Notes under the pieces: model-generated | Databases searched by the model: none | What the model was told of the DNA's origin: nothing | Seen by the model: the letters and a program-made list of their open reading frames with translations, nothing else | Shown: in pieces, positions 1-8,200 of the stretch | Numbering within the stretch: position 1 is the stretch's first letter | How the letters are laid out: every line of letters begins with the position of its first letter | Program-made: the position numbers and the translations under genes | Source of the DNA: an uncultured Bacteroidota bacterium | Lineage (GTDB): Bacteria > Bacteroidota > Bacteroidia > 2-12-FULL-35-15 | Length of the DNA: 64,000 nucleotides | NCBI GenBank assembly: GCA_903926385.1 | Contig: CAIYIS010000061.1 | Coordinates: 14,864-78,863 of the forward strand | Direction of reading: 5' to 3'

Positions 1-214
1 TCACATCACGTGCTATAGTTTGAACATCAAGATAAGCACTCGATTTTACTTCGCCTGCTAATATTACCTGTCCGGTAGTAACCAGCGTTTCGCAAGCTAC
101 TTTCGACTGAGGGTCGAATGCTAAAAAGTTATCAATTAAAGCATCAGAAATCTGATCTGCTACTTTGTCCGGATGTCCTTCTGACACCGACTCGGAGGTG
201 AATAAATATCCCAT
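1..214 (-). CDS. metK: S-adenosylmethionine synthetase, 5' part (runs off the window start)
   Basis: Manual translation from ATG at 214 gives [50 protein letters not shown], the MetK N-terminal FTSESV..GHPDK signature. Not in the ORF track. Confidence 0.95.
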   Translation of the reverse strand, partial: MGYLFTSESVSEGHPDKVADQISDALIDNFLAFDPQSKVACETLVTTGQVILAGEVKSSAYLDVQTIARDV

Positions 215-265
215 TTTTTTAAATTATATTATGAATTAAGATTTGTGAATTATATTTTAAGTTTG

Positions 266-273
266 CAAAAGTA
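266..273 (-). promoter_or_regulatory. Bacteroidota housekeeping sigma -7 element (TACTTTTG) for metK
   Basis: Exact TAnnTTTG match on the minus strand about 50 nt upstream of the metK ATG. Confidence 0.55.
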
Positions 274-279
274 ATATTA

Positions 280-1425
280 TTATTTAAAAATCTCGGCCAA
301 TTTGTTTTCCAAATCTTCACCACGCAGACTTTTTGCAATAATAATCCCATTTTTATCAATCAACACATTGGTAGGTATGCCCTGAAAGTTGTACAGTTTT
401 ACCACAGGCGATTGCCAAAACTGAAAATCGCATACATGATTAGACCACGAAAGATTGTCTTTCTGAATAGCCGCTTTCCAGTTTTCTACTTCCTTATCAA
501 GCGACACACTGAACACATCAAATCCTTTTGATTTGTATTTATTATAGGCTTTAACCACATTCGGATTTTCGGCTCTGCAAGGTTTGCACCAAGATGCCCA
601 AAAATCTACTAGCACCACTTTGCCTTTTAAAGACGATAGAGACAAAGGTTTTCCGTCAGGGTTATTCATTGTTATTTCGGGAGCAGGCTGACCAACGGCC
701 ACTTTCTTTTCTTGCTCTGCTTGTTTACGTTGTTCGGTAAGGCCTTCGTGAAAAGATTTGATATAAGATGAGTTTGGATATTTTTTATACAACCCGTCAT
801 CCAATTTAATATACAACTGAACAAATTCTTCGCCCTGCAATTGCTGAATGGCAGCAAGCGATGCAAAAGATGTGGTATTTTTTTCTACAAACTGTTTCAA
901 ATAGGCGTTATGTTGATTTACCAAATCAGTATACGGACGTTCGAGCACTTTACTCATCGAATCCATGCGCATTGAGTCTTTAGTAGTGCTCATAAAGAAC
1001 TGAAACATTTTCTGAATCGAATCTCTCTTGCGATAATTGTTGGCCGAAGCATTATTTACTTCCCAAAATAATTTAGAATCGGGCGAACCATCGACAGTAT
1101 ATGTATTTCCAAGATTGCCTGCATCACCTTTTACCGTAACTTTTTCGTCCGGATTAAAAATAAATGTGGCAAAGTTTTTTTCGCTGATTCGTAAACGATA
1201 AAAACCAATTTCTTTTATTGCGGTATTCATTTTAAACTCTCCGCTTTCGCTTAGCACTACCGAATCGAGTTTCTTAATTCCTTCGGGCGACATTTGTTCT
1301 AAAAACAAATGCTCACCATGTGCATTCTTTAAAGAACCTTTTAGTTCGAAACCTGCAGTGGCTGAGTTGGAATTAGAACAAGCCATTACCAGCATCATGG
1401 GTAATAATAATAGTGTGTTTTTCAT
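280..1425 (-). CDS. TlpA/AhpC-TSA thiol-disulfide oxidoreductase lipoprotein with DUF4369-like N-terminus
   Basis: Lipobox VMAC; C-terminal thioredoxin fold with DFWASWCKPC (CxxC) and GIPTNVLID. Confidence 0.9.
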   Translation of the reverse strand: MKNTLLLLPMMLVMACSNSNSATAGFELKGSLKNAHGEHLFLEQMSPEGIKKLDSVVLSESGEFKMNTAIKEIGFYRLRISEKNFATFIFNPDEKVTVKGDAGNLGNTYTVDGSPDSKLFWEVNNASANNYRKRDSIQKMFQFFMSTTKDSMRMDSMSKVLERPYTDLVNQHNAYLKQFVEKNTTSFASLAAIQQLQGEEFVQLYIKLDDGLYKKYPNSSYIKSFHEGLTEQRKQAEQEKKVAVGQPAPEITMNNPDGKPLSLSSLKGKVVLVDFWASWCKPCRAENPNVVKAYNKYKSKGFDVFSVSLDKEVENWKAAIQKDNLSWSNHVCDFQFWQSPVVKLYNFQGIPTNVLIDKNGIIIAKSLRGEDLENKLAEIFK

Positions 1426-1580
1426 AATAAGTTCTTCTCTTTATCTCTCCCCTTAGGGCGAGGTGTAACGTAATTTTTAGGGTTAATTATATATTTATTT
1501 TTCTGCTTTTTTTAAACTTTATTCTCTTTACTTGCCTTCTGTTCTACCTTTATTTGCGGGAGAATAAAGAAGGGAAACAG

Positions 1581-3029
1581 TTACTTTTCCAATTCTTGTT
1601 TCACCAGTTCTGTTGTCACTTTCGGGTCGGCTTTTCCTTTCGATAGTTTCATCACTTCGCCCATAAACAAACCCAGTAACGAAGCTTTTCCATTTTTATA
1701 TTCTATCACTTTGTCCGGATATTTAGCAATGGCTTGTTTTACATATTCGGTCAAAGCACCGGTGTCGCTTTCCTGAATCCAATTGTTATCGGCAGCTATC
1801 TGAGAGGCTGATTTATTGGGCTCTTCCAGCATTTTTGGAAATATTTTTTGAACCGCAATGGTATGACTTACTTTGCCTGTGTCAATAAAATCGACTAGTT
1901 CGGCTATACGAGCCGGAGTAATTTTAAAGTCGCTGATGTGAAGAGCCGATTCGTTGAGAAACGATTTTATCTGCACAGTAAGCCAGTTTGATGCCGATTT
2001 TACATTTTTAGTTTTAGCAATTATCTCTTCAAAATACAATGCTATTTCTTTGGAATCGGTGAGCACTCCTGCATCATAAGCCGAAAGCCCAAGCGACAAA
2101 TATTTTTTATACAAATCATTTGGCAAAGGAGGTAAAGCCGCTTTAACCTTTGCAATGTATTCTTCCGAAACAATAACAGGTTGCAAGTCGGGCTCGGGGA
2201 AATAGCGATAATCATTGGCCATTTCTTTGCTTCGCAAAATAAAAGTGGTGCCCGCCACCGCATCAAAACTACGGGTGTCTTGCTGTATCACTTCTCCGTT
2301 TTCTATCGCTTCTATTTGTCTTTTTATTTCGTATTCAATAGCACGCTGAACGTTGCGAATGGAGTTCATGTTTTTTACTTCATTGCGTTGTCCGAATGTT
2401 TTCGAGCCTTTCAGCATCACCGATATATTAGCATCGCAGCGCAAACTACCTTCTTCCATGTTTCCATCGCAGATATTCAAATATCGCACCAGCTTTCTGA
2501 TTTCGGTTAAATACTGATATGCCTCATCTCCATTCTTAATTTCGGGTTCGCTAACTATCTCCACAAGGGGCACACCCGCTCTGTTCAAATCGATGAGTGT
2601 ATCGAAGGGATCGATGTCGTGAATGCTTTTTCCGGCATCTTCCTCCATGTGAATTCGGGTAATGTTTATGTTTTTATCTGTTCCGTCACTCAGTTTAATA
2701 GTAATGTAACCGCCCGTACAGATAGGGGTTTTGTCTTGAGTAACCTGATATCCTTTTGGCAAATCGGCATAAAAGTAATTCTTACGGGCATACTCGTTTA
2801 CCTCTCTGATATTGCTTTTGCAGGCAAGCCCAAGCTTCACCGCATATTCAATTGCTCGCTTATTCGATTTGGGCAATGTGCCCGGATGGCCAAGCGACAC
2901 AGGACTTACATTAGTATTGGGCAACACACCAAACTCCGCTGAATCGCTGGAATAGGCTTTGGTGTTGGTTGATAACTGTGCGTGAACTTCGAGACCTATT
3001 ACGGCTTCGTACTTATCGTAGATGCTCAT
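1581..3029 (-). CDS. gatB: Asp/Glu-tRNA(Asn/Gln) amidotransferase subunit B
   Basis: Motifs VIGLEVHAQL, RKNYFYADLPKGYQ, HMEEDAGKS, DLNRAGVPLVEIV, GSLRCDANIS and YRYFPEPDL. Confidence 0.97.
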   Translation of the reverse strand: MSIYDKYEAVIGLEVHAQLSTNTKAYSSDSAEFGVLPNTNVSPVSLGHPGTLPKSNKRAIEYAVKLGLACKSNIREVNEYARKNYFYADLPKGYQVTQDKTPICTGGYITIKLSDGTDKNINITRIHMEEDAGKSIHDIDPFDTLIDLNRAGVPLVEIVSEPEIKNGDEAYQYLTEIRKLVRYLNICDGNMEEGSLRCDANISVMLKGSKTFGQRNEVKNMNSIRNVQRAIEYEIKRQIEAIENGEVIQQDTRSFDAVAGTTFILRSKEMANDYRYFPEPDLQPVIVSEEYIAKVKAALPPLPNDLYKKYLSLGLSAYDAGVLTDSKEIALYFEEIIAKTKNVKSASNWLTVQIKSFLNESALHISDFKITPARIAELVDFIDTGKVSHTIAVQKIFPKMLEEPNKSASQIAADNNWIQESDTGALTEYVKQAIAKYPDKVIEYKNGKASLLGLFMGEVMKLSKGKADPKVTTELVKQELEK

Positions 3030-3160
3030 TTAATTCTGCTTCCTTTTTTTTAAGTTGCGAAAGTACAAAATTTATTGAGACAAGAACGGCCAGAAGTGAT
3101 ACATGTAAACCAAATGTGAATGAAGCTTAGGAAAAGGCGAAAACGAATTAAAGCCCCCGC

Positions 3161-3195
3161 ATTCATAATTTACAACTTATAATTTATAATTCCTT
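3161..3195. repeat. Five degenerate 7-bp units (minus-strand consensus TATRAAT) immediately 3' of the T9SS gene cluster
   Basis: attcata atttaca acttata atttata attcctt; same family as 51342-51376. Confidence 0.6.
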
Positions 3196-4194
3196 TTACT
3201 CTTTAATAAACTTCCTGTTTATTATTTTTTTCTCATCTCTTATAGATATAAAATATACACCGCTAGGGTAGGTGCTTATGTCTAAGGTAATGGTGGGTGG
3301 GTGTATTGTTTCGGTATATACTGTTTGCCCTAGCATATCCTTTATTTCAAGCATATTTTTTTGCTTGTTATTCTTAAGTTGTATGGTTAGTTGGTTTGTT
3401 GCCGGGTTAGGGTAAACCTCTACTGCTTCATCATTTGTATCATCTCCCACCCCATCATTAGTGCAATCTCTTACCGTTACATCATCTACAAAATAATATG
3501 ATGCCGAATAGTTATTGTGATGAACAATACCCATAGTATCTGTTTGGCTATTAAAATTACCAATAGTGATGTACCTTTCCCCTCCAATTGCAATGTATGT
3601 ACCCGAAATTTCTACCCAATTCACTGTATCACTTAAAAATAAACCATGTGGCGATTGTATTTGAGGAGTATTTTGTAATGTTAAGGTATTTGTAGTTAAC
3701 ACGGCATTATTGGAAATATATATCCCAATTTCCGTTATAGCAACATTATTATAAGTAAAAGTATTAGGAGGTTTTGCAAGGTTTACATAAAAACTAATAC
3801 AATATTTTCTATCCTGAATTAAACTGTCAATTAATTTAACTTGTAAATATTCTTTGGTCTCATTAGTTGCACCAACATAACTATCATAAGTATAAATACC
3901 AGCAAATGCGTCTCCTGTCTTTGCATATTGATACCCCAAAACATTTAATGGTACCCCCATAACTGTTATAGAAGATCCTGCACAAGTGTTAAAATAATCA
4001 GCACTACCCCAAGTTGGATTGTACCACGGAGGAGCATAATTAATTTCACTTCCTCCATCAGGACACAGACTATCTATTTCAAAGCTCCAATTAGGAACAA
4101 GGTTAGTTTGCGCATAAGCCTCACCGCCTGCCCCTCTCCAAAGGAGAGGGGTGAGGATAAGTACAATTAAAAAATGCTTGCAAATAATTTTCAT
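3196..4194 (-). CDS. T9SS type A sorting domain protein with CBM-like beta domain (paralog 1)
   Basis: Signal peptide, then QTNLVPNWSFE...YITIGNF...YYFVDDV domain; C-terminal VYPNPA...GVYFI...KFIKE CTD. Confidence 0.85.
   Translation of the reverse strand: MKIICKHFLIVLILTPLLWRGAGGEAYAQTNLVPNWSFEIDSLCPDGGSEINYAPPWYNPTWGSADYFNTCAGSSITVMGVPLNVLGYQYAKTGDAFAGIYTYDSYVGATNETKEYLQVKLIDSLIQDRKYCISFYVNLAKPPNTFTYNNVAITEIGIYISNNAVLTTNTLTLQNTPQIQSPHGLFLSDTVNWVEISGTYIAIGGERYITIGNFNSQTDTMGIVHHNNYSASYYFVDDVTVRDCTNDGVGDDTNDEAVEVYPNPATNQLTIQLKNNKQKNMLEIKDMLGQTVYTETIHPPTITLDISTYPSGVYFISIRDEKKIINRKFIKE
4118..4151 (-). repeat. REP-like palindromic element inside the signal-peptide coding region
   Basis: Minus strand reads cccctctcctttggagaggggcaggcggtgaggc, 32/34 identical to the intergenic copy at 12319-12352. 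Confidence 0.85.
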
Positions 4195-4209
4195 TGATTA
4201 CAAAGATAC

Positions 4210-5199
4210 TTATTTTACAATTATCAGTTTGTCCGACTTTATTTTTGAGTCGTTCACTTTTATTTCGTAAAAATAAGCACCTGCATTCAGCTTACTTTCG
4301 TCTATTACCATACTTGTGGCAGCACTGTTGAAAGAATGGCTGCTTACCAACTTACCTGTGATATCGTAGATAGTTAAATTACCTGTTTGTCCTTGGTCTA
4401 ATTTATAATCCAGTGTCATGTTGCCATTGTTTGGATTAGGGAAAAGCGAGAAATATTCTTTCTCCTCCAATTCTCCCACCCCATCATTAGTGCAATCTCT
4501 TACTGTTACATCATCCACAAAATAATACGATACAACCACAGTATTATTATTATTGTTAGGCATATTAAAAGTATCTGTAGGATTATTAAAATTACCTATT
4601 GTAATATACTTTTCTCCTCCATGTGCTATGTACGTTCCCGAAATTTCTGTCCAGTTTAAGGTATCATTTAGAAATACACCCACAGGGGATTTAATTTGTG
4701 GTATAAAAGGTAAAGTTAACTGGTCATTGCGGAAAACTGCCGTATCTGATATGTACATTCCCATTTCAGTTATTGCTACATTATGATAAGTTTGAGCAAG
4801 AGTAGTTGCAAGGTTTATATAAAAACTTATACAATATTTTCTATTAGTAGTTAAGCTATCTAATAGTTTTACTTGTAAGTATTCTTTAGCTTCAACAGGA
4901 GGAGGACTGGATAATATATAATAACAAAAAAAACCTGCATAAGCATCTCCTGTTTTAGCGAACTGATATCCACCCCAGTTTAAAGGGACGCCAGCTGTTG
5001 TAAGCCCCATACCATCACAGGCATTATAATAATCCGGATTTCCACCAGCCGAGTGCCAAGGAGGTGCAAATTCAATCTGACTTCCATTCCAAGGGCAAAG
5101 AGAATCTATCTCAAAACTATAATTTGGGACAATATTATTCTGACCCTTGGTAAAAGAGTAAAGAAAAAGAAATAAAATTAATATTTTTATTTTTGTCAT
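4210..5199 (-). CDS. T9SS type A sorting domain protein with CBM-like beta domain (paralog 2)
   Basis: Clear paralog of 3196-4194 (SFEIDSLCP, GYQ.AKTGDA, KEYLQVKL, RKYCISFY, DDVTVRDCTNDGVG); CTD LFPNPNNG...DKLIIVK. Confidence 0.85.
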   Translation of the reverse strand: MTKIKILILFLFLYSFTKGQNNIVPNYSFEIDSLCPWNGSQIEFAPPWHSAGGNPDYYNACDGMGLTTAGVPLNWGGYQFAKTGDAYAGFFCYYILSSPPPVEAKEYLQVKLLDSLTTNRKYCISFYINLATTLAQTYHNVAITEMGMYISDTAVFRNDQLTLPFIPQIKSPVGVFLNDTLNWTEISGTYIAHGGEKYITIGNFNNPTDTFNMPNNNNNTVVVSYYFVDDVTVRDCTNDGVGELEEKEYFSLFPNPNNGNMTLDYKLDQGQTGNLTIYDITGKLVSSHSFNSAATSMVIDESKLNAGAYFYEIKVNDSKIKSDKLIIVK

Positions 5200-5205
5200 T
5201 TTTAA

Positions 5206-5241
5206 AACTACCCTTGTGCAAATGTTTGCACAAAGGTAGTT
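5206..5241 (-). terminator. Intergenic hairpin (terminator/attenuator) between the 1742-aa gene and the two small paralogs
   Basis: aactacccttgtgcaaa-tg-tttgcacaaaggtagtt inverted repeat followed by Ts on the minus strand. Confidence 0.65.
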
Positions 5242-5253
5242 ATTTTGTTTTTT

Positions 5254-8200
5254 TTACTTTACAATAATCAATTTATCCATTTTTACTTTTCTATCGTTTA
5301 CCATTACTTCATAAAAATAAACACCTGCATTTAATTCAGCACCATTTATATTTATGCTTGTTTCATTACTGTTAAAAGGATATGATTTTATAAATTTACC
5401 AGTAATGTCAAAAATAGACAGAACTCCTATGTCAGTATCCGAAATGTGATAACCCAATGTAAAATTACCATTATTAGGATTTGGATAAAGTACAAAATTA
5501 CTAGGTGTTGATTCCTTATGATTATTGGTTATCATCATTTTCTCTACTATATCCACATCATCCTCCAAATCCATAAACAGTAATACCCTTGCCATATACA
5601 CGGCATCGCCTCCCATAAATGGATTTTGGTAAGCCACATTCATAAGCGTGGCGGTTTCGGCACTGTCGAATGGATAGGGTTGCATCAATGTATTAGTAGA
5701 ATCTTGCTCATAAGCCACTTTATTAAGATAAATATTATTTACCATTTTTGCATTATCCTCCTTCGATGTATGGGTAATGATATTTTGGTTTATCGTTTTA
5801 GCATCTGCAGCATTAGCCACTGCTGTGTCTTGAACCAATGCAATTACTTTCGAAAATTTACCAATATTACCTGTTTTTGCATACGCAAAAAAGTTTTGAT
5901 ACAACTCATCGTCTGGAGTGCCCAAATGAAGTAAAGTATCGTTCGATTTTAAATAGTGAAACGCATAAATAGAATCGCGTTGCAGATATTCCGCACCCAA
6001 GGTATCATAGGTGTTTTCACCTCTTACTATTTTCCCACAATTAATTTCACGCTCATCTCCCCTATTCATAAGTATTTTAATTGAACAGTCGTTTGAATTA
6101 CTAGCGCTTACCGGTCCAAAATAATGTAAAAATGTTGCTGTACTAAGTGAAGGATCATTCCCTGTCTCCCAATACCAATATGGGTGCAAATCTGATCCTA
6201 CCATCCACGTAAACACATTACCTGTGTTAAAATTTGAACTAGCCATATTGAACCATTTGTTTCCTGTAGATTTTCCAATATAACCAGGTATTTGAGGTAA
6301 TTGGTCCCCAATTTTAGCACCGGTCAAAGCATAGTTTTTAAAAACAAAACCATTAAAACAGTCATGAAACTCGTTGCATTCCAATCTGGCAACATCACAG
6401 TCGCCATACACATAAACACCCGCTCCTGTATGGGTAAGCACGTTTCTAAATACGGCACTGTTTGGGGTATCCTGAATATGAATACCTCTTAAAGTAGTAG
6501 TAACATTAGGTGTAAACGAAGCATAAGTTACTTTGTTGTCACCAATAGTTAATGCAGCGCATCCCACTACCTTTATACCGCTTTTTGGATTTCCTACGGT
6601 ACCAGTTGTTGTGAATAAAATTTCGTTGTCTTGTTCAATTCGTCCACCTTTAACATTAAACATATAAATACCTGTTGAAGGATAATTTATCTTGTTTGTT
6701 TCAATGGATATTTTAGTACTAGCAAGCGAAGCATTACCAACATAAATACCATAATTGGTTATAAATGGTGGGTTACCTTGCCCTGTAATATTCATGTGAT
6801 TACCTTTTATTAACGTGCCTGATGTTCCACTCATGTACATACAGTTTATACCGCCCACTACTGAGGCAAAGGTGTTGTCTTCAATATCATTTATTCTGAG
6901 GTTACCATAACTAAGACTAATTCCGTTATTGTACATATATTTAAAATCATTCTTAAATATTTTATTATGATAATTAGCCGAGTTAATACCAATGGTACAA
7001 ACTTCAAAATGGTTCGGCTCATATGCGTTGGCTCCACCCACCTGCAAGGTATGTGTACCAGCAAAAAAAGTAAATGGGTCGGTGGCATATATGGCATTAC
7101 CAGAAGGAGGAGGTTGAGGACAACCTTTGCAAGGGGGTGGTATACTATTTTGCTTAAAGTTCCAAAACAAATTATTATAAACATTGGCAGCTGCCCCTGA
7201 TAGAACAATTCCATTGTCCATGTTATCAAAAACGTTTTGAAAAGCACTTGATGTTTTTCCAAATGTAAGAGATGATGAAAGCAATGCCTCTATACCGGTA
7301 AACGATTTTGTATTGGCCGGATAACTCGGAAATGCAGGTTTTAAATAAACCAAAGGGTTTGGTGGTGCCACGTAACTGCTCATGGGCAGTGAATAGGTTG
7401 AACCATTGCTTGTAAATGGAAATGAAGAATTATTACTTGTATAGGTTAAATTTCTGCAAGTAAAATAACAACCATACACCTCGTTAGTTGTCATGCTTGC
7501 CGGATTGGCTATAACGGCCAAACTTGAGTAATTGCGGTTAAATATAGAGCTCCATAACGAATACTGCCCTCCTCCCGAAACGGTAAGAGCATTTTTTGCA
7601 TCTTCTAGTATAGATCTGTCGATAACAATTTTCGACATACTACTGCTTTCATAAATTCCATCCCACATCAAGGTACAAGCGCTTAAATGCGAACCAGTAA
7701 TTTCTAAATTAAACCCTGGCGATATAATTATTTTTGCATTTGTTCCCATCAATATATTTGCATTTGATATTTTCAAATCATGATCCACGGTTAAAGTACC
7801 GTTAATAGAATACGAAGAGGAATTAATAACTGTAAAGCTTCCTATAGTTGACAAAATTAACCCCGGAATATTAGCTAAATTTGAAGCAGATTGGTCGTAA
7901 ATTGTCAGATTTCCACCAGTATTGAAACAACATGCCGATACTTGATAAACAAACGGAGGAGAGACACAGGTTGTTACCGGGTCTTGAAAAGTAATGGAAA
8001 TACTACCTCCATTGCTTACAGCAGTGGCGTTCCAAGTTACCGTAAAAGTTCCAGTTGTGCTTATTCCAGAAGCTAGCACACCGTTAGTAATATTAATATT
8101 ATATTGGTTAATATTACTTGCTTGAAAATTAGCAATGGTATATGTTACAGGTGTTACTGTGCTGCATGCTGATGGGTCACCACTAATAACTGGTGAAGCA

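Noticed and set aside
3443-4527. Diversity-generating retroelement TR/VR pair
   Set aside because: Only two synonymous differences, both copies lie in intact paralogous CDSs, and there is no reverse transcriptase in the window.
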